Source of the DNA: Malacoraja senta
Taxonomy: Eukaryota
Assembly (NCBI GenBank): GCA_038087875.1
Contig: CM075997.1
Span: 4,962,001 to 5,026,000 of the forward strand
Reading direction: 5' to 3'
Length of the DNA stretch: 64,000 bases
The notes beneath the pieces are model-generated. The model ran no database searches, was not told where the DNA came from, and saw nothing but the letters and a program-made list of their open reading frames with translations. This document shows positions 49,428 to 61,429 of the stretch, piece after piece (within the stretch, counting starts at the first letter, position 1; each line of letters opens with the position of its first letter). The position numbers and the translations under genes are program-made.

Positions 49428-50926
49428 AGGTACACAAAAATGCTGGAGAAACTCAGCGGGTGCAGCAGCATCTATATGGAGCGAAGGAAATAGGCAACGT
49501 TTCGGGCCGAAACCCTTCTTCAGACTGATAGGGGGTGGGGAGAAGAAAGGAAAAAGGCGGAGGAGGAGCCTGAGGGCTGGGGGAGGGGAGGAGACAACCA
49601 GAGGGCTGATGAAGGGGAGGGGACAGCAAGGGCTAGCAGAATTGGGAGAATTCAATGTTCAAGCCCCCAGGATGTAGACTGCCCAAGCGGAATATGAGGT
49701 GCATTTCCTCCAATTTACGGTGTTGCTCGCTGTGGCCATGGAGGAGACCCAGGACAGAGAGGTCAGATACGGAATGGGAGGGGGAGTTGAAGTGCTGAGC
49801 CACCGGGAGGTCAAGTTGGTTATTGCGGACCGACCAGAGGTGTTCGGCGAAACGATCGCCAAGCCTCCGCTTGGTCTCACCGATGTAGATCAGCCGGCAT
49901 CCAGAGCAGCGGATGCAATAGATGAGGTTGGAGGAGATGCAGGTGAACCTCTGTCGCACCTGGAACGACTGCTTGGGTCCTTGAATGGAGTCGAGGGGGG
50001 AGGTGAAGGGACAAGTGTTGCATCTCTTGCGGTTGCAAGGGAAAGTACCAGGGGAGGGGGTGGTATGGGAGGGAAGGGAAGAATTGACAAGGGAGTTACG
50101 GAGGGAGCGGTCTTTGCGGAAGGCAGACATGGGGGGAGATGGGAAGATGTGGCGAGTGGTGGGGTCACGTTGGAGGTGGCGAAACAGATGGAGGATCACT
50201 TGTTGTATGTGACGGCTGGTGGGGTGAAAGGTGAGGACTAGGGGGACTCTGCCCTTGTTGTGAGTGGGGGGATGGGGAGAGAGAGCAGTGTTGTGGGGTA
50301 TGGCAGAGACCCTGGTGCGAGCCTCATCTATGGTGGAGGAGGGGAACCCCCGTTCCCTGAAGAATGAGGACATTTCAGATGCCCTGGTGTGGAACGCCTC
50401 ATCCTGGGAGCAGATGCGGCGTAGACGGAGGAATTGGGAGTGGGGGATGGAGTCCTTACAGGAAGCAGGGTGGAAAGAAGTGTAGTCCAGATAGCCATGG
50501 GAGTCGGTGGGTTTGTAGTGGATGTTGGTAAGGAGTCTATCACCTTCGATGGAGATAGTGAGGTCAAGGAATGGTAGGGAAGTGTCGGAAATGGTCCAGA
50601 TGTATTTGAGTGCCGGATGGAAGTTGGTGGTGAAGCGGATGAAGTCAGTCAGTTGTGTGTGGGTGCAGGATGTGGCACCAAAACAGTCATCGATGTAGCG
50701 GAGGTAGAGGTCGGGGATGGGGCCCTGGTACGCATTGAACAAGGATTGTTCTACGTACCCGACAAAGAGGCAGGCGTAGCTGGGGCCCATGCGTGTGCCC
50801 ATAGCTACGCCTTGTATTTGGAGGAAATGGGAGGAGTCAAATGAAAAGTTACTGAGGGTAAGGACCAGCTCCGCTAGGCGGAGGAGGGTGTCAGTGGCCG
50901 TGTATAGGTTGCTTGAACCTATAGAA
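49428..50926 (-). mobile_element. Penelope-like (Neptune-type) retroelement, 5'-truncated; open RT-to-GIY-YIG frame at 49633-~50898
   Basis: QGVAMGTRMGPSYA, YLRYIDD, LPFLD, YKPT; CxxxxCxxC linker; IYCIRC..YIGET..RFAEH; 14-bp TSD ATTAGAACGAGCAA at 49414-49427 and 50927-50940. Confidence 0.95.
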
Positions 50927-51109
50927 ATTAGAACGAGCAATATAGTTTTACCACAAGGTAAGAGTTATTTGTTTAAGAAGGAACTGCAGATGCTGGAAAA
51001 TCGAAGGTAGACAAAAATGCAGGAGAAACTCAGCGGGTGAGGCAGCATCTGTGGAGCGAAGGAAATAGGCAACGTTTTGTGCCGAAACCCTTCCTCAGAC
51101 TGACCAGTA

Positions 51110-51650
51110 GTTTATTTGTCACGTATGCAACTGCACAGTGAAGTTATTTTTGGCAAACATCACACACACATGTGGACGCCCGCCATTTTTGGCGCCATTA
51201 TTCAAACTCCAACGTCCGGTCGGCCCGCACGCTCGATGTGCTGGAGAAGTTCCCGCCAAAGAGGGTTCCCGCCAACCGGCGTCCGTCGTCTCGCCTCGCA
51301 CGGCCATCTTTGTGTCCCGGGTTCGCCTCCTGCGGCCGACCTTGAAGCCTGCAGCTGGAGGCAGCATTGACATTACCCCCCGGGTCACCCTGCGAACACC
51401 GGACCTCGCTCCTCACGTCCCGACTGTAGGATCTTTGGTCCCGACGGCTCCAGCTCCCTCCCGGTTACGCCGACCGGCCGACCGACCGACGGACGAGCCC
51501 AATGGGCGGGTTCCCGGTCCCACCGAGCGAGAAACCTTCAGGTAGGCCTCGTGCCCATGGCACCTCACGATGCCCACCGCTACACGGCATCGCGAGTCAA
51601 CCCCCAGTTTAAACGGAGACGATGTTAAGCCACGAGAATTTATATTACGG
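51110..51650 (-). mobile_element. GC-rich non-coding element with Rex-like 3' end
   Basis: Minus strand ends CACTGTGCAGTTGCATACGTGACAAATAAAAC; CpG-rich body. Confidence 0.55.
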
Positions 51651-51651
51651 G

Positions 51652-52127
51652 ACATTGTGTGACCAACCTCCAGCAGACAATCATTCAACCCATAAATAAT
51701 AACGATAATCTAATTTAGCATGGTGGTAATAACTGCTGATGACTATAGGAACATAGAAAATAGGTGCTGGGACAATTTACAGATAAATTAATGTCTTTGG
51801 GATAGACAATAGGTGCAGGAGTAGGCCATTCAGCCTTTCAAGCCAGCACCACCATTCAATGTGATCATGGCTGATCATCCACAATCAGTACCCCGTTCCT
51901 GCCTTCTCCCCATATCCCCTGACTCCGCTATTTTTAAGAGCCCTATCTAGCTCTCTCTTGAAAGCATCCAGAGAACCTGCCTCCACCGCCCTCCGAGGCA
52001 GAGAATTCCACAGACTCACCACTCTCTGTGAGAAAAAGTGTTTCCTCGTCTCCTTTCTAAACGGCCGACCCCTTATTCTTAAACGGTGGCCCCTGTTTCT
52101 GGACTCCCCCAACATCGGGAACATGTT
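51652..52127 (-). mobile_element. CR1 3' end plus ~150 bp of 3' flank shared with the 14836-16031 locus
   Basis: Reverse complement aligns by eye to 15160-15233 and 15900-16031. Confidence 0.8.
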
Positions 52128-52944
52128 TGAACTGAAGATAGACGCCAAAAGCTGGCGTAACTCGACGGGGCAGGCAGCATCTCTGGAGAGAAGGAATGGG
52201 TGACGTTTCGTGTCCGAAACATCACCCATTCCTTCTCTCCAGAGATGCTGCCTGTCCCGCTGAGTTACACCAGCTTTTTTGTGTCTACCTCCTGTAAAAC
52301 AATGTTGGTGAACGGGAGAGGTTTCAACTATTGGGGAGGCTGCGTTCGGAGAGGGGAATGGGAGAGGTCCGGTCCGCTGGGGATTCTGACCGCTCGCCAC
52401 AATGAAGTCGATGCTCATTTCGAACTGATTGCATTCCCGATCCATTTGGCCAAATGATGACTTGTCGGGGGGGGGGGGGGGGGGGGGGCGCTAATGAAAC
52501 AGCCCGAGGCCAATCAGTCACTGCGCAAATTTCCTGTCAGCCTGTCAAACATCCCATTGACATCAGATGATCCATCCTCAGAGCGACAGTTAAAACAGCC
52601 AGAACATTTCTAGCCTAAGTAGGTGGTTGACAGGTGAAAAATGGGAACTGTTCAAAAACCTACTGTCGCAGTGTCAACAGTTTAAAAGAAAGCCAACTGG
52701 CCGGTCTCATAAAGCACAGATAATTACACATTGAGTGCCCAGACTTATAATGAACACCTCAGTGTCAGTAATAACCATAAAGCCCCCTTCAAAACGGTGT
52801 TATTACTGTATTTATTAGCCCTACAGGGGTTAATACAGCTGTCTGCGTAGAATTACACTGATGCTTTTGAAAAGGAGAATGTTATTTTGGGAGCGGGATC
52901 CATTGCTTTCTCCGGCTGATTGCGTGTCGGCCAGGATCAGAAGG

Positions 52945-53045
52945 GAGCACTTGACGTCAGGAGGTTTAGGGTTCGAATCCCACTTCAGACACTTGAGCAA
53001 ATGAGTCTTGGATGAATCCAGAGGAGCTCCATCTTAAGGGTGAGT
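52945..53045 (+). mobile_element. Ancient tRNA-derived SINE remnant (Deu/SacSINE-like head)
   Basis: GTCAGGAGGTTTAGGGTTCGAATCCCACTTCAGACACTTGAGC contains a B box. Confidence 0.45.
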
Positions 53046-53046
53046 G

Positions 53047-53353
53047 TTTAGTTTAGTTTAGAGATACAGCGCGGAAACAGGCCCTTCGGCCCACCGGGTC
53101 CGTACCGACCAGCGATCCCCGCACATTAACATTATCCTACACACACACTAGGGACAATTTTTACATTGACCAAGCCGATTTACCTACAAACGTGCACGTC
53201 TTTGGAGCGTGGGAGGGAACAGAAGATCTCGGAGAAAACCCACGCGGTCACAGGGAGAACGTACAGACACCGTACAGACAGAACCCATAATCGGGGTCGA
53301 ACCCGGGTCTCCGGCACTGCAAGCACCGTACGGCAGCAACTCTACCGCTGCGC
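53047..53353 (-). mobile_element. V-type SINE (further minus-strand copies at ~53925-54223, 55443-55739, 57800-58105; plus-strand copy at ~58368-58652)
   Basis: A and B boxes, V core, (AAACT) tail. Confidence 0.88.
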
Positions 53354-54224
53354 CAGAGATATCCTTACGAGGCATTTTGTCTGGATGCATCGCAGCACGG
53401 TTTGGGAACAGCTCTATCCAAGACCGGAAGAATTTGCAGAGAATCGTGGACGCAGCCCAGACCATCACACAAACCAACCTCCCTTCCATTGACTCCCATT
53501 TACACCTCACGCTGCCTCGGCAAGGCCAGCAGCATCATCAAGGACCAGTCTCACCCCGGCCCCTCCCTCTTCTCCCTCTACTAACTACAATGTTGCCTGG
53601 ATTCGAGAGCACTAGCTGTAAGGAGAGTTTGGACAAACTTAGATTGTTTCTCTGATGTGTGAAAGGCTGAGTAGCAAACTGATTGAAATGAGATATAGAT
53701 AGATATGGTAGATATTCAGGAAATTTCCCCCAGGGTGGAAATGATAAATATTAAAGTGCAAAGGTTTAAGGTGATTAAGGAGGAAAGTTTAAAGGGGATG
53801 CGCAGGGCAAGGTTTTTACACAGAGAGTGGTCAGAGCTTGTATCATGATGCCCGGGGAAATGATGGAAGCAGATATGATGCTAATGTTTATGAGGCACTT
53901 AGACGGGCACATGGATGGCACGGCGGTGGAAACAGGCACTTCAGCCCACCGAGTCCGCGCCAACCAGCGATCCCCGCACACTAACACTACACTACACTAG
54001 CACGATCCTACAAACTAGGGACAATTTACAATTTTTACAGAAGCCAATTAACCTACAAGCCTGAATGTTTTTGTAGTGTGGGAGGAAACCGAAGATCTCT
54101 GAAGATCTCTGTGAAAACCCACTCAAGTCACGGGGAGAACGTACAGACAAGCGCCCATAGTCAGAATCGAACCCGGGTCTCTGGCACAGTAAGGCAGTAG
54201 CTCTACCACTGCCCAACCGTGCCG

Positions 54225-54882
54225 GGATGGCGGGACTGTCATATGCTGAGAGAATGGAGTGGCTGGGCTTGTATACTCTGGAATTTCGAAGAATGAGAGG
54301 GGATCTTATTGAAACATATAAGATTATTAAGGGTTTGGGCACGCTAGAGGCAGGAAACATATTCCCGATGGTACACAAAAATGCTGGAGAAACTCAGCGG
54401 GTGCAGCAGCATCTATGGAGCGAAGGAAATAGGCAGGTTTCGGCCCGAAACGTTGCCTATTTCCTTCGCTCCATAGATGCTGCTGCACCCGCTGAGTTTC
54501 TCCAGCATTTTTGTGTACCTTCGATTTTCCAGCATCTGCAGTTCCTTCTTTAACAACATATTCCCGATGTTGAGGGAGTCCAGAAATAGGGGCTACAGTT
54601 TAAGAATTAGGGGTAAGCCATTTAGAACGGAGATGAGGAAACACTTTTTCACACAGAGAGTTGTGAGTCTGTGGAATTCTCTGCCTCAGAGGGCGGTGGA
54701 GGCCAGTTCGCTGGATACTTTCAAGAGAGAGTTAGATAGGGCTCTTAAAGATAGCGGAGTCAGGGGATATGGGGAGAAGGCAGGAACGGGGGTACTGATT
54801 GGGGATGATCAGCCATGATCACATTGAATGGCGGTGCTGGCTCGAATGGCCTACTCCTGCACCTATTGTCTATTGTCTATTG
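54225..54882 (+). mobile_element. CR1 3' end with a nested palindromic pLTR mini-element (54371-54554)
   Basis: 15-bp TSD AACATATTCCCGATG at 54356-54370 and 54555-54569. Confidence 0.92.
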
Positions 54883-55294
54883 TGCCGCGCCTAAATCTCT
54901 TTCTCAGATTCTAGATTCTCGTCTAAATCGTGAATACAAACCGCAGACAGCAACAGGCCCAGCGCTAATTCCTGACGCATAACACTAGTGATGTTGAAGG
55001 ATGCAACGTTTAACGCATTGAAAATAAGCTCTATTGCAGAGGAAAGGAAACAGACAGAGGGCCAGAAATCATTCCCATCCTGTGATATAAAGAGGAGAGG
55101 GCAGAGAGTTGATCCAGGTAACATTCATTTCAATGTATATGCTATAAATATTGCAATATGGTTTTAACATTTGCTGTGGACTGCTTTGCTCTCCCAATTA
55201 ATGGACTGTATTAAAGCACTTTGCGGTGATCATTTTGGAGATTTATTTAATGTTAAACCTACAAGGCCTAATTCTGTATTTAGCATTGGCATCC

Positions 55295-55308
55295 GTAACC
55301 ATGGCAAC
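55295..55308. promoter_or_regulatory. RFX X-box motif in unique sequence
   Basis: GTAACCATGGCAAC matches GTNRCC(N0-3)RGYAAC. Confidence 0.45.
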
Positions 55309-56020
55309 CACTGCAGCAAAGTGCTGTGCCAAGATTATTTGCCGGGGTTTGCAATGGGATATTCCCTGTCCCACATCCCGGAATTGCTGCCATTCCCTGG
55401 GACAACGCATTGTACTTTCCCCCCCCCCCCCCGAGACATTCTTAGGTTGAGTTTAGAGATACAGCATGGAAACAGGCCCTTCGGCCCACCGAGTCCACAC
55501 TGACCAGCGATCACCCCCGTACACTAGCACTACCCTACACACACTCGGGACAATTTACAATCTTTACCGACGCCAAATTAACCTACAAACCTGCACGTCT
55601 TTGGAGTGTAGGAGGAAACCGGAGCACCCGGGGAAAACCCACGCAGTCACGCGGAGTACGTACAAACTCTGTACAGACAGCACCCGTAGTTAGAATCGAA
55701 CCCGGGTCAGTAAGGCAGCACTGCGGCACCGTGCCGCCCTTAAATCGGAGGGTTGGAATAACTCATCGGGACAGGCGGCACCTCTGGAGAGAAGGAATAG
55801 GTGACGTTTCGGGTCGAGACCGTTCTTCAGACTGAGAGTCAGGGGAGAGGGAGTCCAGGGATATGGAAAGGTAAGGTGTCAAAACGACAGATAAAAGCAG
55901 ATGATGATAAGGAAATGTAGAATGATTCTGTTAGTGCAGGTTAGTTTATTGTCACGTGTACCGAGGTACAGGGAAAAGCTTTTGTTGCGTGCTAACCAGT
56001 TAGCAGAAATACATGATAAC

Positions 56021-56861
56021 TCAAGCCTTTTACAGTGTTACCGCCACAACAGATCAACGGTGGATGCGATCTCGCTGGCCCTCCACTCCGCTCTGGACCA
56101 CTTGGACAACAAAAACTCATATGTCAGGCTGTTATTCATCGATTACAGCTCGGCATTTAACACAATCATCCCCTCCAAGCTGGTTACCAAACTCGCAGAA
56201 CTGGGTCTCTGCGCATCCCTCTGCAATTGGATCCTCGACTTCCTCACTCTCAGACCACAGTCTGTTCGTATTGGTGGAAATGTGTCAGACTCTATAACAA
56301 TTAGCACGGGAGCACCTCAAGGCTGCGTGCTCAGCCCCCTGCTGTACTCACTCTATACTCATGACTGCGTAGCCGGACATAGTGCGAACTCCATCATCAA
56401 GTTCGCTGATGACACCACTGTTGTGGGACGTATCACTGATGGGGATGAGTCAGAGTATAGAAGAGAGATCGAGCAACTGTCCATATGGTGCCAGCACAAT
56501 AACCTGGCCCTCAACACCAGCAAAACCAAGGAACTGATTGTGGACTTTGGAAGGAGTAGGATGGGAACCCACAGTCCCGTTTATATCAACGGGTCGATGG
56601 TTGAAAGGGTCAAGAGCTTCAAATTCCTGGGCGTGCACATCTCTGAAGATCTTTCCTGGTCCGAGAACAATGATGCCATTATTAAGAAAGCACATCAGCG
56701 CCTCTACTTCCTGAGAAGATTACGGAGAGTCGGTTTGTCAAGGAGGACTCTCTCTAACTTCTACAGGTGCACAGTAGAGAGCATGCTGACCCGGTTGCAT
56801 CGTGGCTTGGTTCGGCAACTTGAGCGCCCTGGAGAGGAAAAGACTACAAAAAGTAGTAAAC
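56021..56861 (+). mobile_element. Rex1/Babar-like LINE RT fragment (second family), runs into the gap
   Basis: [46 protein letters not shown]. Confidence 0.92.
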
Positions 56862-57061
56862 NNNNNNNNNNNNNNNNNNNNNNNNNNNNNNNNNNNNNNN
56901 NNNNNNNNNNNNNNNNNNNNNNNNNNNNNNNNNNNNNNNNNNNNNNNNNNNNNNNNNNNNNNNNNNNNNNNNNNNNNNNNNNNNNNNNNNNNNNNNNNNN
57001 NNNNNNNNNNNNNNNNNNNNNNNNNNNNNNNNNNNNNNNNNNNNNNNNNNNNNNNNNNNNN
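56862..57061. other. Assembly gap (200 N)
   Basis: Run of N. Confidence 1.
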
Positions 57062-57119
57062 CATGTGGATCTAAAATACACCAGCATTGAAGCAGAATTT
57101 CCCAATTAAGAATTTTCCC

Positions 57120-57580
57120 ATCCCAGGAATGAGTGGGTGAACCTATGATGAGCGTTTGTCGGCACTGGGCCTGTACTCGCTGGAGTTTAGAAGAATGAGG
57201 GGCGATCTCATTGAAACGTACAGAATAGTGAAAGGCCTGGATAGAGTGGATGTGGAGAGGATGTTTCCACTAGTGGGAGAGTCTAGGGCCAGAGGTCATA
57301 GCCTCAGAATTAAAGGACGTTCTTTTAGGAAGGAGATGAGGAGAAATTTCTTTAGTCAGAGGCTGGTGAATCTGTGGAATTCTTTGCCACATAAAGCTGT
57401 GGAGGCCAAGCCAATGGATATTTTGAAAGGCAGAGATAGATAGATTCTTGATTAGTAAGGGCGTCAGAGGTTATGGGGAGAAGGCAGGAGAATGGGATTA
57501 GGAGAGATCAATCAGCCAGGATTGAATAGTGGAGTAAAATTGATGGGCCGAATGGCCTAATTCTGCTCCTATCACTTAAC
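57120..57580 (+). mobile_element. CR1 3' end
   Basis: LGLYSLEFRRMRGDLIETYRIVKGLDRVDVERMFPLVGES. Confidence 0.9.
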
Positions 57581-59659
57581 TAGCTGCTCAATCAGGCCCC
57601 GAGAGGACTGAAACAGACCCATTGAGTTCCTGCTGAAGTTCAGCATCTATTCACACTAAGCAACTATAAAAACAGCCTGACGAAGGGTCCCAACCCAAAA
57701 CATTGCATATCCCTGTACTCCATTGATACTGCCTGGCCTGCTGAGTTTCTCTGGCACTTTGTGGTTTATTGCTCAAGATTCCAGCATCTGCAGACCTTTT
57801 AGTTTGCTAGTTTTAGAGCTACAGCGCGAAACAAGCTCTTCGGCCCACCGAGACCGCGCTGACCAGCGATCCCCGCACACTAACACTATCCGACACACAC
57901 TAGGGACAATTTACATGTCTATGCAGCCAATTAACCTACAAACCTGTGCATCTTTGGAGTGTGGTAGGAAACCGGAGATCCTGGAGAAAACCCACGCGGG
58001 TCACGGGGAGAACGTACAAACTCCGTACAGACAGCACCCGTTGTCGGGATCGAACCCGGGTCTCTGGCGCTGTGAGGCAGCAACTCTACCGCAGCGCCAC
58101 TGTGCTGTCCTTGTCTACCTATTTACAGTAATCAGTCTGAAGAAGGGTTCCGACACAAAGCATCGTCTGTCCATTCCCTCCACAGATGCTGACTGACCCA
58201 CCGAGTTCCTCCAGCACTTTGTTCATCGCTCAAGATTCCAGCATCTGCAGTCTCTTATGTCCCAACTCATTTCTGGGGCCATTCCAGAGGTGCTGCCCTG
58301 TGAGTGATGATCCACTCTGACTCTTTGCCTCGGTGGCCTGGCTATTGGTTAACCCTCTTCAACAATGGGCATGGTGGGCGCAGCGGTAGAGTTGCTGCCT
58401 CACAGCGCCAGAGTCCTGGGTCCCATCCTGACTCCGGCTGTACAGAATTTGTACATTCTCCCCGTGACCTGCGTGGGTTTTCTACGGGGGCTTCGGTTTC
58501 CTCCCACACCCCAAAGACGTCCAGGTTTGTAGGTTAATTGGCTTCTGTAAAATTGCCCCTATCGTTTCGGATGGAACTGATATATGGGTGATCGATGGTC
58601 AGCCCAGACTCGGTGGGCCGAAGGGTTATTTCTTCACTGTATATCTAAACTAAGAGAGATATAGCTCTTCGGGCTAGCAGAATAAAGGGATATGGGGAAA
58701 AAGCAGGAACAGGGTACTGATTTTGGATGATCAGCCATGATCATATTGAATATTGGTGCTGGCTCGAAGGGCCGAATGGCCCACTCCTGCACCTATTTTC
58801 TGTGTTTCTATGTTTCTAAACTAAACAATGAAGGGAAGTGAGCTGTAAAAGGAAGATAAGATGAGCTGCAGTGGAGCTGCCAGCACCACAGCTCCCACTG
58901 ATCCAGGTTCGATCCTGACCACTGCTGCTGTCTGTGTGGGGTTTGCATGTTCTCCCTGTGACCTCGTGGTTAGTTGGCCTTTGGAAACTATCTCTGGAGT
59001 AGCTAAGTGGTGGGGGAATCAGAAGGGGCAGGTGGAAGGCAAGAGAGTACGGCATGTAAGTGGGAAATGGGACTGAAAGGATTGCATTGAGAGCTAGTCT
59101 AGACTCATGGGGCTGAATGGCCTTTTATGTGATAAAGAAATATGTAAACATGGAATGGTGAGTTCATAAGTGATAGGAGCAGAATTAGGCCATTAGACCT
59201 GTCATGGCTGATCTATCTCTCCCTCTCAACCACCCTTGATGGATATTTTTAAGGCAGAGAGAGATAGATTCTTGATTAGTACGGGTGTCAGGGGAGAAGG
59301 CAGGAGAACGGGGTTGGGAGGGAGAGATAGATGAGCCGTGATTGAATGGCAGAGTAGACTTGATGGGCCGAATGGCCCTGGTTCCACTCCTTTAACTTAG
59401 GTAGTCACGATCTCATGAACAGCGGGTAAAGCAGCCACAGTCTTGCGTGATCGGGCGGGGGGGGGGGGGGGTGGGGGGGTGGTTGCCAAACACCGGAGGT
59501 TTCTTGGTCGGAGTGGCCCCGCTGTGAATGTGTTCGGGGTTTCTGCATCTGCTGCCCAGTGACGGGAAGCGTTGCCCAACACAAGTGTCTCAATAACGTG
59601 GAAGGAAGTCGCCCAGATCACATCACCACAAGCACATCAGGCAACTGAGGAAGGACGCC

Positions 59660-59800
59660 TGGGGGAGGGGAGGGGGGGGTGTGGGGTTGGAGTGGGGAGG
59701 GGGAAGGGGTTGGAGGGGGGGTGAGGGGGGGTGAGGGGGGGGGCGAGGGGGAAGGAGTTGGAGGAGGGGGGGTCGGGGGGGGAGGGGGTGGGTGGGGGAG
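59660..59800 (+). repeat. G-rich low-complexity tract (G-quadruplex-prone)
   Basis: More than 15 runs of 3 or more G. Confidence 0.8.
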
Positions 59801-59928
59801 AGAGCCACTATATACCTATTCCTTCGCAAACCCTTACCATATTTGGAATACATATTTAATTAATGCAGTGTGCAAACTGCAGCCACATATTTTGACCAGG
59901 GCACCAAGGCAATGCTGCATTGTCAGAT

Positions 59929-60026
59929 GCATTGTTCCCTGCAGGCCCCGCATTGTTCCCAGCAGACCCCGCATTGTTCCCAGCAGACCCTGCATTGTTC
60001 CCAGCAGACCCCACATTGTTCCCAGC
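59929..60026 (+). repeat. 21-bp minisatellite GCATTGTTCCCAGCAGACCCC, ~4.7 copies
   Basis: Direct inspection. Confidence 0.92.
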
Positions 60027-60071
60027 AAGCAGCAATAGACTTGGGCGGATGTAAAGGACAGTTTCGAAGAA

Positions 60072-60734
60072 GATAGACACAAAATGCTGGAGTAACTCAG
60101 CGGGGCAGGCAGCATCTCTGGAGAGAAGGAATGGGTGACGTTTTGGGTCGAGACCCTTCTTCAGACTTAAGAGGGAAGGATAGATCAGCCATGATTGAAT
60201 GGCCGAGTAGACTTTTTCATTTAGCTTAGAGATACAGCATGGAAAAAGGCCCTTCAGCCCACTGAGTCCGCACCGACCGGCGATCCCTGCACACTAACAC
60301 TATCCTACACCACTAGGGACAATTTACACATACACCGAGCCAATTAACCTACAAACCTGTACGTCTTTGGAGTGTGGGAAGAAACCGAAGATCTCGTAGA
60401 AAACCCAGGCAGTCACGGGGAGAACGTACAAACTCCGTACAGACAGCACCCGTAGTCAGGATCGAACCCGGGCATCTGGCGCTGTGAGCAACTCTACCGC
60501 TGTGCCACCATGCCGCCCTTAATGGGACGAATGGCCTAATTCTGCTCCTATCACTCATGAACTTATGAACAGTGGGTCAGTGGTAAACAGCCTTCTTGAA
60601 TATGAAGAATGGTCTTGACCCGAAACGCCACCTATTCCTTTTCTCCAGAGGTGTTGTCTGACCCGCTGAGTTACTCCAGCTTTTTGTGTCTATCTTTGGT
60701 GTAAGGCAGCATCTGCAGTTCCTTCCTACACTCT
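60072..60734. mobile_element. Composite inverted-pLTR element, copy 2, with a later V-SINE insertion (~60213-60518, minus)
   Basis: 11-bp TSD GTTTCGAAGAA at 60061-60071 and 60735-60745; cargo matches 1310-1445. Confidence 0.8.
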
Positions 60735-61429
60735 GTTTCGAAGAAAGCGGAAGTCTGCCTGATGCCCTGCCCGGTATTTATCGAAAGCTCTGCGGCTCAG
60801 GCAGATTCGAATCTCGCTGAAGTCACTGCACAGAAAGAAGCTATTCAGCCCGTCGAGTCCATGCTAGCCCTGTGTCCACTCTATAGACTTTAGAGATACA
60901 GCACGGAAACAGGCCCTTCTGCCCACTGAGTCCGCGCTGACCAGCGATCCCCGCACGTTAACACTATCCTACAAACACTAGGGACAATATACAATTTTAC
61001 CGATGCCAATCGACCTACAAACCTGTTCTTCCCTGCTCCGGTTTCCTCCCACACTCCAAAGACCTACAGGTTTGTAGGTTAATTGGCTTGGTGTAAATGT
61101 AAATTGTCCCTAGTGTGTGTAGGATTGTGTTAATAGAAACATAGAAACATAGAAAATAGGTGCAGGAGGAGGCCATTCGGCCCTTCGAGCCAGCACCGCC
61201 ATTCTATGCGATCATGGCTGATCGTCCCCAATCAATAACCCGTGCCTGCCTTCTCCCCATATCCCTTGACTCCACTAGCCCCTAGAGCCCCTAATGTGTG
61301 GGGATCACTGGTCGGTGCGGACTCGAAGGGTCTGTTTCCGCGCTGTATCTCTAAACTAATGTAATAAACAAACTCTCAGTGGAATATTTATATTAATCTA
61401 TCTGTGATAGGGAGTAGCCGATAGAAGTA

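Noticed and set aside
55901..57109. 402-aa intact ORF
   Set aside because: Chimera of pLTR and Rex-tail sequence, an RT fragment, a frameshift and an N gap.
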